Below are positions 23,499-33,869 of a stretch of DNA of 64,000 nucleotides, in pieces. This stretch comes from an uncultured Poribacteria bacterium (GTDB taxonomy: Bacteria > Poribacteria > WGA-4E > WGA-3G), in NCBI GenBank assembly GCA_951813565.1, contig OX638351.1, positions 1,952,001 to 2,016,000 on the forward strand. Direction: 5' to 3'. A program made the position numbers and the translations under genes. Numbering within the stretch: position 1 is the stretch's first letter; every line of letters begins with the position of its first letter. The notes beneath the pieces were generated by a model. That model was not told the origin of the DNA. It saw only the letters and a list, made by a program, of their open reading frames with translations, and did not search any database.

Positions 23499-25208
23499 AT
23501 GCGATATACCATCATCACGGTTCTTTTGCTAACGCTAATCTTTTTTGTACAGTATGGTGAAGCATTCCGATGTGGCACACCACACTTAAAAATGGATATG
23601 GCACCCGAGCTTTTGTCGGAGGTGGCAACCGCACCAGCACCGGCACTCTCCATCGGATTCCAACGCCCCTTCTTTGCTATTGACTTCGCAAGAAGACAAC
23701 AGTATACAATCAATGCAACGCTGCGGGCAAGCGGTCCCCACTGTTATATTTTCGTTGAAGATTCAGAATGGCAAGAAAACGTCACAGCACACACTGTTCA
23801 AACTATCCAAACAGCGTTTGAGATAGCAACTCCTGCTGACCCACAGCGCGGTATTTACGACATCTTAACGGAAAACTTCGGCGCGCCACCGGATATTGAT
23901 GGGAATCAGAAAGTTATCCTGCTCATCTTCAACATACGTGACATCAACATCCACCAAGCAACAGCCGGGTACTTCTTGCCGATTGATCAGCACAGAGGTA
24001 TGCTACACCATCCAACCCTCGGACCACTGCATAGTAACGAGGCAGATATCCTCTATATTAACTCCAAAAAGCAGCCAACGAATTCTGATGCGATTCAGTC
24101 TGTTATTGCCCATGAACTCCAACATCTTATCCACTGGAAGCATTCTCCAAAGGAAGAAACATGGATAGACGAAGGGTGTGCTGATTACGCAGCTTTTCAA
24201 TGTGGTTATAACCTTTATCAGCATATTAATGCTTTTCAGAAGACACCAAACATTTCATTGACCGACTGGACACAGATGAGTCAGACGAACCTGCTGGCAC
24301 ACTATGGTGCATCCTTTCTTTTTATGTTATATCTTCACGATCATTATGGTGGTGTACAGACTGTTACTGCGCTTGTTAAAAATCCTTTAGACGGGATTTT
24401 GGGGATTACACGCACGCTGCAGGCACGCGGCATGTCACGTCCATTCTCAGACATTTTCGCCGACTGGAAAGTCACAAATTACCTCACAACGTGGAGGCTC
24501 CTTGGAACTCTTGAAAAACCTTTCCGGTATCATACGTTGACACCAGTGATTCAACCGCTATTCACCCATGAAACCTATCCTGCTAACGAAAAAAATAAGA
24601 AACTTGCAAATTTTGCTGCGCATGCTATTGAATGTAAAGTTGCAGCATTAGATCAGGCAGGTCTAACCGTTGGCTTTTCTACACAACGTAATGCGAACGT
24701 AGACATCAAGGTTGCTTATTTACGTAACACAGGGGAGGTGCATATTGAATCATTACCCTTTAAAATTGCGGATGGGACCGCCTCATTAGATATTCCTACT
24801 TTTGGAAATGACGTGCAACGATTGATGCTTATTCCAAGCCTACAAGTTGAAAATCAAAGTTTTTCTCAGCAAACTATAACTTATAACTATGATGCGTTTG
24901 AAGGAAGTCTCGGCACCTATACCATCCACGTCCTTCCTAATCCCATTCATCCAAATTATTGGGAAGTTATTGCTGTTCCAAGCGAGGCAAAAGGTATACA
25001 TTCACTTACATTAACGCTCACATATCAAAACAGGAAACTTCTTGATGCAAAACCGATAGTGTATGTTGAAAATGGAGACAATGCTCTTTATCGATGCGTT
25101 TTTCATCTTAAATCTGATATTGAAACAGCAGCGGTAAATTGGAGCATCAGACGCGGTGACACTATTATTGACGAAGGAGTTCTGAATCAACCGATAACCG
25201 ATAACTGA
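23499..25208 (+). CDS. Secreted zinc metallopeptidase-like protein (M30/hyicolysin-like)
   Basis: Signal peptide, AHELQHLIH (HExxH), WIDEG third ligand, YGASFLF. Confidence 0.75.
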   Translation: MRYTIITVLLLTLIFFVQYGEAFRCGTPHLKMDMAPELLSEVATAPAPALSIGFQRPFFAIDFARRQQYTINATLRASGPHCYIFVEDSEWQENVTAHTVQTIQTAFEIATPADPQRGIYDILTENFGAPPDIDGNQKVILLIFNIRDINIHQATAGYFLPIDQHRGMLHHPTLGPLHSNEADILYINSKKQPTNSDAIQSVIAHELQHLIHWKHSPKEETWIDEGCADYAAFQCGYNLYQHINAFQKTPNISLTDWTQMSQTNLLAHYGASFLFMLYLHDHYGGVQTVTALVKNPLDGILGITRTLQARGMSRPFSDIFADWKVTNYLTTWRLLGTLEKPFRYHTLTPVIQPLFTHETYPANEKNKKLANFAAHAIECKVAALDQAGLTVGFSTQRNANVDIKVAYLRNTGEVHIESLPFKIADGTASLDIPTFGNDVQRLMLIPSLQVENQSFSQQTITYNYDAFEGSLGTYTIHVLPNPIHPNYWEVIAVPSEAKGIHSLTLTLTYQNRKLLDAKPIVYVENGDNALYRCVFHLKSDIETAAVNWSIRRGDTIIDEGVLNQPITDN

Positions 25209-25369
25209 TTATTATAGTGAAACCCATAATTATTTGGACATTTTGTTCTTATGCGGATTTCAAACACACGATAAATATAAGAGGCGCAATGAATTGCGCG
25301 ACTACAAACGCCGCTAACCTTAAGAAAATGTCCAGGTATTTTTAGATTTTACTATAAGAGGAGGTATAT

Positions 25370-26350
25370 ATGTCAAACACTCTTTATGCAGGAACAATTG
25401 GACAAAGCATTTGGCGAAGCACCGACATCGGTAAGACTTGGCATCGTGCCAGCAACGGTATTTTTCCAGAAGCAGATATACGCGCAATCGTTGTGCATCC
25501 GACAGATTCAAATACGCTCTATGCTGGCACTGAAAAAGGTATTGTCAAAAGCACAAATGGAGGCGATACGTGGAAACACATGCCAAGTGAGATGGACAGC
25601 CGCGAAGTTTGGTCACTTGCCATTCATCCGACTGCTCCAGATACACTTTATGCTGGAACTTGTCCATCCGCGTTTTTCAAAACAACAGACGGTGGGGATA
25701 CGTGGGCACAACTTGACGCGGAACTTGCTCAAGAATGTGAAGGTATTCCCATCATCCCACGTGTGACGACTATCATTATTGATCCAGAAGACCATGAAAC
25801 TGTCTATGCGGGAATTGAAATTGACGGGATGCGTCTTAGCACCGACGGTGGAAAAACGTGGGATAACCGAAGTGAGGGATTGAGCAGCTTGGATATCCAT
25901 GGACTGACGGTGGTTCCGGGTGATCAGAAAGCCGTTGTTGCTGCGACAAATAACGATGTTTGTATCACCACAGATATGCACAGTTGGACGCCGTTACAGG
26001 TTCGTAACCATTTTCCGTGGCCCTATTGCCGCGCGGCATTCTATCTGAACGGTGAAAACGCCAAGGTCTTTATTGGTGCTGGCAACGGTCCCCCCGGTGA
26101 CCAAGGTGGTATCTTTTATATGCAAGATACTGATGCTGCACAGGACGCTGAGGCGATTCGTTGGGATCGCTCTGATATTGGGATGACAGCGAATAGCACT
26201 ATTTGGTGTTTCGGCTATAATTCGCGTGTTAACGGATTGCTAATAGCCTGTAGTGTGAGTGGACAACTTTTCTTGAGTGAGGACAATGGCGGCTCCTGGG
26301 CGAAGTTGACACATGAATTCGGAGAGGTGCGCGCTTTGGCGGTCGCATAG
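25370..26350 (+). CDS. BNR/Asp-box beta-propeller protein (Ycf48-like)
   Basis: Repeated S/T-x-D/N-G-G-x-T-W boxes. RBS GGAGG. Confidence 0.85.
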   Translation: MSNTLYAGTIGQSIWRSTDIGKTWHRASNGIFPEADIRAIVVHPTDSNTLYAGTEKGIVKSTNGGDTWKHMPSEMDSREVWSLAIHPTAPDTLYAGTCPSAFFKTTDGGDTWAQLDAELAQECEGIPIIPRVTTIIIDPEDHETVYAGIEIDGMRLSTDGGKTWDNRSEGLSSLDIHGLTVVPGDQKAVVAATNNDVCITTDMHSWTPLQVRNHFPWPYCRAAFYLNGENAKVFIGAGNGPPGDQGGIFYMQDTDAAQDAEAIRWDRSDIGMTANSTIWCFGYNSRVNGLLIACSVSGQLFLSEDNGGSWAKLTHEFGEVRALAVA

Positions 26351-26720
26351 CTAAATCAACACCGAATGCGTTTATGATATTTGGCTGATAAATATTTGCG
26401 GAAAAGTCCTTATGTGGTTGGTAAGGGTAAATACCACATAAGGACTGTTTCACTATAACATCTATTTTACAACGTCATTGGAATGAACAGATTTAACTAA
26501 AAAAATTATATCTTGACTTTTTTCGACAATTTATGATAAACTTTTGGCAGTAGGTGGGTTGTGCGTTTAACTCAATCATTTGTTGGCAGACATAGGGTTT
26601 TGCCCTCCGCCAAATCATACAGAATACCACACGGCATTTGGCGTTGATTCCATCTAAAATACGCAGCACACGCACAGACGCCCTATGACAAAAGTTTAAT
26701 CAAGGAGGCATATCTCTATT

Positions 26721-27482
26721 ATGCGTTTTTTTAGTTTTCTATTGATACCTTTGCTCCTCATTTCAATCGTTGGATGTTTTAGGGGCGATAATATTACTAC
26801 TCCCCCATCTTTTAGCGAAGCAAAACGGATTGCTGTTACCCCTTTCCTCGCTGAAGGCGAAGAGACACAAGAACTTGGTAAACGAATTAGCAGGAATTTG
26901 GGAAATCATATAAAATTTATCCTGAAAGAAAATGAATGGCTTTTTGACGAGTCGCAAAAAGTTCAACCAGTAGGTGAAAAAGTTGCGGAACTCGGATTAA
27001 CCCTAAATGATGTTTATACGGATCCTGCTTTGGCGGCTAAAGTCGGGCAGGCATTGAATGTGGACATTATCATCACGGGAAAGATCGAAGAACCCACACT
27101 TAACCGAAGAGATTATAATGAGCATCTTATGCGTCAAGGTAGACAAACCGGTATTTCAGGTACATCTACTTACATCCGTACCCTCCAGGCTGCGGTCGGT
27201 AAAGTCCGTGTCAAGGCTATTGATGTACAATCAGGCAATATGCTCTATAACAATCAGATTCTTTCTCATCTTAAGTATTGGTTTGCTTATCAAACGCAGG
27301 CGAGTGGCCAAATAATTTTTAAGGAACCTGTGGATATGCTCGCGGATTTAGGGAATCATTTGCCACGCCGAATTGCGTATATGCTTTATCCAAGTGGGAT
27401 ATCGAAAGAGCCTGAAGATAAGGTTTTAGTGAAACCAGATATCGTTCTCAAAGGTACAGGCGGAATAGTTGAATTCAAGTAG
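26721..27482 (+). CDS. Lipoprotein, possibly CsgG/LpoB-like fold
   Basis: Lipobox IVGC, RIAVTPF and VGQALNVDIIITG motifs. RBS AGGAGG. Confidence 0.65.
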   Translation: MRFFSFLLIPLLLISIVGCFRGDNITTPPSFSEAKRIAVTPFLAEGEETQELGKRISRNLGNHIKFILKENEWLFDESQKVQPVGEKVAELGLTLNDVYTDPALAAKVGQALNVDIIITGKIEEPTLNRRDYNEHLMRQGRQTGISGTSTYIRTLQAAVGKVRVKAIDVQSGNMLYNNQILSHLKYWFAYQTQASGQIIFKEPVDMLADLGNHLPRRIAYMLYPSGISKEPEDKVLVKPDIVLKGTGGIVEFK

Positions 27483-27667
27483 AATTGCCTTAATGTTAAT
27501 TTATAGTAAAATCTGTAATTATCTTTACACTGCTGTAGCGTAAACTTTCAGTTTGCGCAAATACGACACAAACTAAAAGTTTGTGCTACAGGAAATGTGG
27601 TCGGAAATGTTTCTTACCTGGACCAATAGCAATGTAAAAGTAATTCTAAAATCTACTATAAAGCCCA

Positions 27668-27708
27668 AAGGCGGGCGGAAGCTGCTGCTTCGGCCCGCCT
27701 TGTTTTTT
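27668..27708 (+). terminator. Intrinsic terminator
   Basis: AAGGCGGGC...GCCCGCCTT stem followed by a T-tract, between convergent genes. Confidence 0.7.
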
Positions 27709-27729
27709 ATCCTAAGGTTCATGTTTTCT

Positions 27730-28212
27730 TTAATTATCTTCTATAGATGGTGTTGGATTACTATCTTGGAAGAATTCATTTATCTGGCGCGTATAGGCTT
27801 TACCGTGTTGCAGCAGTTGTAAAGATACATCGTAGAGTTCGGGGGCTGGGAGGCCCTCATAAGGGTTAGCTATTTTCTGATAACAAGTTAATGCGTGTTC
27901 AAAGAAATTTAGCGTTTCCAGATCAATTGCACCGCTCTCTTGAACTGCACGAAAGCCTTGGTATTTTTGGTAGGGAGGGGTCTTACCGCTAAATTCTATT
28001 ATAGCATTGTTTATGTCTACTGTCCGTTGCACAATCATCAGGAAGCAGCTTTTGATATAAGAATGTGTCAGTCTATCAGCTGTTACATATTCTTCTCTGT
28101 TTGCTGGAAGACCATTCTGCAATTGTCCGAAACATTCCTCCATATATGCCAATTTTGCTTTTACAGGATTAAACTGATGCTGTAGTATTTTCTTTTCTGA
28201 GGCTTTTGACAT
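27730..28212 (-). CDS. HepT/DUF86-like HEPN protein, degenerate active site
   Basis: VQRTVDINNAII..P..YQGFRA..ESGAID resembles DUF86. RxxxxH is replaced by YQKIAN. Confidence 0.6.
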   Translation of the reverse strand: MSKASEKKILQHQFNPVKAKLAYMEECFGQLQNGLPANREEYVTADRLTHSYIKSCFLMIVQRTVDINNAIIEFSGKTPPYQKYQGFRAVQESGAIDLETLNFFEHALTCYQKIANPYEGLPAPELYDVSLQLLQHGKAYTRQINEFFQDSNPTPSIEDN

Positions 28213-28821
28213 TGTATTCTCCTAAGGAATTATTTTTTTTGTCAAAATATGGTTTTTAAATTAGACGTTATTTTGGGGGAAAAGTTGGAAATCCCACTAA
28301 ATTTTCTGTGTTTCGTAAACTTAACGTGAGTTTGGTATAAGTCTATTTTTACGAATTGTCAGATTTTTCCATTGATTTTGCCTATTTTAAGGGTTTAAGA
28401 GGTAAAAATAGGTAAAACACGCTTTTATCTATGCCGAAACTCATGTTATACCATTTCAAAAAAATAACTTCTCTTAAAGAAATAGACCGTTCGTAGTTGC
28501 GCAATTCATTGCCAAATCAACGCCAAATACGCGTATGGCATTTGGCGCCTCTTACATTTTTTCAAAAGAGAAAATAATTCATAGAATTGGTATTATTTCT
28601 TACCCCGAGCCACGTTAGTATAAATCTGGAGAAAGTCTGTAAAAAATCTGCATGTGTTACGTGCAAAGACACAGCCGCGCATCCTGGACACAAGCACACT
28701 TGAACTGCCCTTCGCTCCAGGACAATACTTATGCCTGATAGTGCTGTCAATCAACGCAAAGAAAAAGGCAGATAACAAAAAGGATACCTGCCTGTCCAAA
28801 GAGCTGCCTCTGTTTACGGTT

Positions 28822-29799
28822 TTACTGCTTTATCTCGCCCCAGGTTACCGTTACTTTTTTTAGGTCTCCTTTTGGAGAGACAGAGAGCACATCGTCACTG
28901 ATCCAATCCATTGTGTAATCATCATCATCCGGTGTATTTGTCAGGTTGACGAGCTCTCCTGTCACAAGGTGATAGCTGTAGATGTCAAATTTATGATGCG
29001 GATTTTCTTTATCCCAATGTCTTCCAACAATTAACACCTGTTTAGATCCCATAAAGCATGTACTATAGATGTTCCAATTGTCAGGGGTATCTAAAATCTG
29101 ACGTTTGTCCGTGTTAATATTGTGAATGACAACTTTACTTGTAATAAACTCTCTATTCGCGTCGCGTATATCCTGAGAATACACAATAGATTGACTGTCG
29201 GGAGACCAGCGCGGACGGCTACCCCCTGTCCCAAGTGAACGGCGTCTTCTACCGTCGGCATCCATCAGATTGAAACGAGAGCCTTCTTGCCAGTAAACGA
29301 TATATGTGCCATCAGGAGACCAGGAAGGATGCAGAGCCACTTTTCCATCTATGCGTGTCAGTCGTCGCAGTGCTTTTGTTTCCAGATTTATCCGCCAGAT
29401 ATCACGTTGCGCCACTCCAGGTTTGGCAAGTCGATTACTTGAGAAGGCGATGTATTTACCATCTGGAGACCAAGTAGGGTAGTTCTCAAAAGTATCTTCG
29501 TCGGTGAACCGATATTCATCTGTGCCATCACTATTGATAATATATATAGCGGAAATTTGCGGCCAATTCGGTACCCCCGGAGGTTTTTTCGTAAAAGCGA
29601 TTTGCTTCCCATCAGGAGACCAAACGGGCCACCATCCGTCATCTGTTAACCTTTGGATATTACGCCCGTCATCGTCCATCACATAAAGTCCCGCGCCTGC
29701 ACCGCGGACGACCGATCTGAAAATGATTTTTGCGTGTGTGAGCGTTGGTAAGAATAAAAAGAGTAGCAAGCAGTAAAGGGGTATACGACGCATGATCAT
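28822..29799 (-). CDS. Secreted TolB-like (PD40) beta-propeller, cassette 3
   Basis: Signal peptide, PxWSPDG repeats, C-terminal TWGEIKQ. Confidence 0.88.
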   Translation of the reverse strand: MIMRRIPLYCLLLFLFLPTLTHAKIIFRSVVRGAGAGLYVMDDDGRNIQRLTDDGWWPVWSPDGKQIAFTKKPPGVPNWPQISAIYIINSDGTDEYRFTDEDTFENYPTWSPDGKYIAFSSNRLAKPGVAQRDIWRINLETKALRRLTRIDGKVALHPSWSPDGTYIVYWQEGSRFNLMDADGRRRRSLGTGGSRPRWSPDSQSIVYSQDIRDANREFITSKVVIHNINTDKRQILDTPDNWNIYSTCFMGSKQVLIVGRHWDKENPHHKFDIYSYHLVTGELVNLTNTPDDDDYTMDWISDDVLSVSPKGDLKKVTVTWGEIKQ

Positions 29800-29997
29800 T
29801 GTTCACCTCCATTAGACAGATGCACAAACTAAAAGTTTATGGGATAAGGTGCAGTTAGGAAACCGCACCTACCGGGTTTGGGAAAATTAGAATTACCGAA
29901 ATATTTTCTTAAACTTCATACAGTTTGTGGGACAACTTCTATTGTCCGTTATGTTCCAAAACAGGTTTATCAAAGTGTCTCAATAATTTCAAAGTTC

Positions 29998-30026
29998 ATT
30001 ATACTTATGCCTGATAGTGCTGTCAA
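29998..30026 (-). promoter_or_regulatory. Consensus sigma70 promoter (copy at 31269-31297; -10 variant TATTGT at 28722-28750)
   Basis: Minus strand TTGACA-GCACTATCAGGCATAAG (17 bp)-TATAAT. Confidence 0.8.
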
Positions 30027-30095
30027 TCAACGCAAAGAAAAAGCAGATATCTAAAAGGTACCTGCCTGTCCAAAGAGCTGCCTCTGTTTACGGTT

Positions 30096-31070
30096 TTACT
30101 GCTTTATCTCGCCCCACGTTACCGTTACTTTTTTGGGGTCTCCTTTTGGAGAGACAGAGAGCACATCATCACTGATCCAATCCATTGTGAAATCATCATC
30201 ATCCGGTGTATTTGTCAGGTTGACGAGCTCTCCTGTCACAAGGTGATAGCTGTAGATGTCAAATTTATGATGCGGATTTTCTTTATCCCAATGTCTTGCA
30301 GCAATTAACACCTGTTTAGGCCCCATAAAGCACGTACTATGGATTACCCAATTGTCAGGGGTGTCTAAAATCTGACGTTTGTTCGTGTTAATATTGTGAA
30401 TGACAACTTTACTTGTAATAAACTCCCTATTCGCGTCGCGTATATCCTCATGAGACACAATAGATTGACTATCAGGAGACCAGTCAGGACGTTCACCTCG
30501 TCCAAGTCTTTGAGGTCTGCGTCCGTCAGCAAGTATCAGATAGATACCATCACCTTCGTAAGCGATATATTTGCCATCAGGAGACCAGGAAGGAATCGAA
30601 TACCATTCGCCTTCGCGTGCGCGTGTCAGTCTTCGCAGTGCTTTTGTTTCCAGAGTTATCCGCCAGATGTCAATCTGCCCCACCCCAGGTTCGGCAAGTC
30701 GATTGCTCTCGAAGGCGATGTATTTACCATCGGGAGACCAGGTCGGGCCCCGCTCACGAGTATCTTCGTCCGTGAGCCGATATTCATCTGTGCCGTCATT
30801 ATTGATGATGTATATAGCGGAAATTTGCGGCCAATTTGGCACCCCAGGAGGTTCTGCTGTAAAAGCGATCTGCTTTCCGTCCGGAGACCACTCAGGCCAC
30901 CATCCATGTGATGCTGTCAACCTTTGAATATTACTACCGTCATCGTCCATCACATACAGTCCCATGCCTTCACCGCGGACGACCGATCTAAAAACGATTT
31001 TTGCGTGTGTAAGCATTGGTAAGAATAAGAAAAGTAGCAAGTAGTAAAGGGGTATATGACGCCTGATCAT
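30096..31070 (-). CDS. Secreted TolB-like (PD40) beta-propeller, cassette 2
   Basis: Close paralog of 28822-29799. Confidence 0.88.
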   Translation of the reverse strand: MIRRHIPLYYLLLFLFLPMLTHAKIVFRSVVRGEGMGLYVMDDDGSNIQRLTASHGWWPEWSPDGKQIAFTAEPPGVPNWPQISAIYIINNDGTDEYRLTDEDTRERGPTWSPDGKYIAFESNRLAEPGVGQIDIWRITLETKALRRLTRAREGEWYSIPSWSPDGKYIAYEGDGIYLILADGRRPQRLGRGERPDWSPDSQSIVSHEDIRDANREFITSKVVIHNINTNKRQILDTPDNWVIHSTCFMGPKQVLIAARHWDKENPHHKFDIYSYHLVTGELVNLTNTPDDDDFTMDWISDDVLSVSPKGDPKKVTVTWGEIKQ

Positions 31071-31302
31071 TGTTCACCTCCATTAGACAGATGCACAAAT
31101 CAAATGTTTATGGGGTAAGGTGCGGTTAGGAAACTGCACCTACCGGGTTTGGGAAAATTAGAATTACCGAAATATTTTCTTAAACTTCATACAGTTTGTG
31201 GGACAACTTCTATTGTCCGTTATGTTCCAAAACAGGTTTATCAAAGTGTCTCAATAATTTCAAAGTTCATTATACTTATGCCTGATAGTGCTGTCAATCA
31301 AC

Positions 31303-31341
31303 GCAAAGAAAAAGGCAGATAACAAAAAGGATACCTGCCTG
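31303..31341 (-). terminator. Intrinsic terminator after each cassette gene (also ~28756-28794, ~30034-30068)
   Basis: Minus strand AGGCAGGTA...TATCTGCCT followed by TTTTCTTT. Confidence 0.65.
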
Positions 31342-31368
31342 TCCAAAGAGCTGCCTCTGTTTACGGTT

Positions 31369-32385
31369 TTACTGCTTTATCTCGCCCCACGTTATTTTTT
31401 TTTTGTCCTGAGGTGAGACAGACAGCACATCATCACTGATCCAATCCAGCGTTTCATCCCTGCCCGGATGGTCTGTTAACTGCGTGATCACTTGTGTTCG
31501 TATATGATACTTATAGATATTAGCAGGCGGGAACTCATCAGGAGGTGGCGCCCGTTCGTTTAGTGGCAGCCCGACAAAAGCACTGAAGACAACGGAGTTG
31601 CCGTCATCCATCCAGTCAATAGTTAGCGGTCGCCAGTCCTTCGGTATCCGAAGCTGTTTGATGTTTTCTCCGTTGCGATCACAAATCAGATACCGATGTG
31701 CCTTGTAGATGAGCGCAAGGGCAAATCCGTCTCGTGGTTCCCAGACATATTCGTGATGTAGATAGACGATCTGTTTACCATCAGGTGACCAGCGCGCGGC
31801 TTTGAAGTGTCCCTGTATGGGTGGACGCAGTAGTTTTCGTGGATTATGGCCATCCGCTCCCATTATCCAAAGCGTTCCACCTACATCCCCAACGACCCCT
31901 GGCTTTGAGAACACAATCAACTTGCCATCGGGTGACCAATCACAGAAGGTTGCACTGACATCCGCGATCTTTTTTGTCTCCCCCGTTTCAATATTCAACA
32001 CGTTGATGCTCTTTTTCTCTTTGTCGTCTATTTCCACTCTCATGTTAAAAACTATAGATTTGCCATCCGGTGAAAATGACATTTTACCGATATACGCTTT
32101 ATCGGGTACTATGAGTTTCCGGATGTTTGTCCCATCTGGATGCATCAAGTATTCACCACCGCGTGAACTAAACACAATCTGTTTACCGTCGGGGGACCAG
32201 CAATCTGGGAAGGGTCTTAACTTTTCGTCTTCAATGAGGAGTGTCTGGTTACTACCATCATCATCCATAACGTAGACACCTTGCACACCGTCGTGTCTGG
32301 AACTAAAAACGATTTTGGCATCTGCCACCACACCGAAAAGCAGTAGCATCAGTAGACAAAACAAACTGATCTTTGGTAAATGCAT
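31369..32385 (-). CDS. Secreted TolB-like (PD40) beta-propeller, cassette 1
   Basis: Signal peptide, WSPDG repeats, same C-terminal DWISDDVLSVSP..TWGEIKQ. Confidence 0.88.
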   Translation of the reverse strand: MHLPKISLFCLLMLLLFGVVADAKIVFSSRHDGVQGVYVMDDDGSNQTLLIEDEKLRPFPDCWSPDGKQIVFSSRGGEYLMHPDGTNIRKLIVPDKAYIGKMSFSPDGKSIVFNMRVEIDDKEKKSINVLNIETGETKKIADVSATFCDWSPDGKLIVFSKPGVVGDVGGTLWIMGADGHNPRKLLRPPIQGHFKAARWSPDGKQIVYLHHEYVWEPRDGFALALIYKAHRYLICDRNGENIKQLRIPKDWRPLTIDWMDDGNSVVFSAFVGLPLNERAPPPDEFPPANIYKYHIRTQVITQLTDHPGRDETLDWISDDVLSVSPQDKKKITWGEIKQ

Positions 32386-32442
32386 GGTTATGCTCCGTAA
32401 AAAGCGTGGTAGGGGCGCGTGTCCCCTGCCTTATGAATCGGT

Positions 32443-33249
32443 TTATGGATTATCGCTTTCATCAAACGTATTCGCATCTGTCGCCCACCAGTCGTCTGTA
32501 TCCCCAAACGTCACTCGGAGCCGAAGATACGCATCACACACCCACTCTTCACCTTCCTGGAGATTTCCGCCAGTGTCAAAATTGAAGTAAGAGCCCCAAT
32601 CACTGGTGCTATAGCTGTAGCTGGATAAAAAGTGTTTGCTCGGCAGGTCTTTTTCTAACTCATCCAACGGTTTGTTTTGGGCTGTATGGCGGAATCTTCC
32701 GAACCCTCTCGCGTTATTACCGGTTTCGTTATAGGCATAGACATACCCGTCCATGACGATAGATGAGCCATCAAAGTAGTGAGCGGTGAGTTCTGAGTAT
32801 CCGTAGATACCGTTCGTTTTGGAACCTGAATCGACAACGGGTTTATAGATATATGCCGTATCAGTACTGGTGTCAGAGATAAACGTATTATTTTCCTCAT
32901 CAGAAAACCAAGCGACTGCCTTTATATCATACTTGGCGATCTTTATGTTACCAGATAACGAACCAAGGTCTACATAGACATTGGTCTCACCATAGTGCGA
33001 ACTTGTTGTCAGTTGTTCATATTCACTATCTGCATCCGATATCGGATACGTCTGTTTTGCATACCAGTCTATAAATTCTATGCCTTCATCCGCTGACAGA
33101 TAAGCGTAGACGGACCCACCTGATCCGTAATCAGTGCTTGGAGAAATAGAAATATACGTTATAGATGCCGCCTCACTATTATTGACAATACCGATCTGCA
33201 ATAGGAAACAAAGCATCGCAACGGTGATGCCGATTGATCTAGATTTCAT
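32443..33249 (-). CDS. Secreted hypothetical protein (S/D/Y-rich)
   Basis: Signal peptide ending SEA-A. RBS AAGGAG before ATG 33249. Confidence 0.75.
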   Translation of the reverse strand: MKSRSIGITVAMLCFLLQIGIVNNSEAASITYISISPSTDYGSGGSVYAYLSADEGIEFIDWYAKQTYPISDADSEYEQLTTSSHYGETNVYVDLGSLSGNIKIAKYDIKAVAWFSDEENNTFISDTSTDTAYIYKPVVDSGSKTNGIYGYSELTAHYFDGSSIVMDGYVYAYNETGNNARGFGRFRHTAQNKPLDELEKDLPSKHFLSSYSYSTSDWGSYFNFDTGGNLQEGEEWVCDAYLRLRVTFGDTDDWWATDANTFDESDNP

Positions 33250-33869
33250 TTGTGTATCTCCTTTATATTCAGTTGATATGCTATCCAAAGCATATCGTTG
33301 CGTTTATCAATCTGGACGATATTTTCGTCCAGAGGTCTTTCTGATTTTGACAGACCCTAAAGGAGATGTTGGCAGGAAAAAACGAGAAGTTGCTGGCAAC
33401 TGTTCCTTTGGGCTCGCTGGTTTCCATATTTCTATAGCAGCAAGAGTGATACTTGTGCTAAAATGAAAACCAGCCCTGTCATACTTCTACTATGGCATGG
33501 CTACGCGCTGATTGTGCTTTTGTGATTGTTAGCACTGTCGGCGCGCCCCCACTTGGGGGTGAACGTGCCCCGGTGTCATACACGCGACCCGTGCATTTCT
33601 AACACCTTGTGTAAAGTTTACACAACTTTACAAAAAATGTCAATCACTTTACAAGTAATTTCTAACATTTTTAAGTATTATACAACTTTTCTTTTTTTGT
33701 ACATAATATCATAAATCGGATGATCCTAAGCGGCAGCGGTATAACATTGCGAATATTATCACCAAACTCATTATCAAAGCAGGTCAACTGGCTTTTGATA
33801 GAAGAAATACGAACAGATTGACGCAATCGGATAATATATGATAAAATTCTAAATAGATCGTAGAGAAGA

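Larger units (their letters stand above)
28722..31440 (-). repeat. Tandem ~1.27-kb cassette repeat (gene 3' end, terminator, promoter, leader)
   Basis: Near-identical blocks at 28725-28850, 30001-30125 and 31272-31390. Leader 29800-30000 nearly equals 31071-31271. Confidence 0.9.

Noticed and set aside
28822..31070. Diversity-generating retroelement template/variable repeat pair
   Set aside because: Both copies are full genes, differences include indels and are not visibly adenine-specific, and no reverse transcriptase is in the window.
28722..31440. Integron cassette array
   Set aside because: No integrase and no attC-type ends. The repeat includes coding sequence, a terminator and a promoter.
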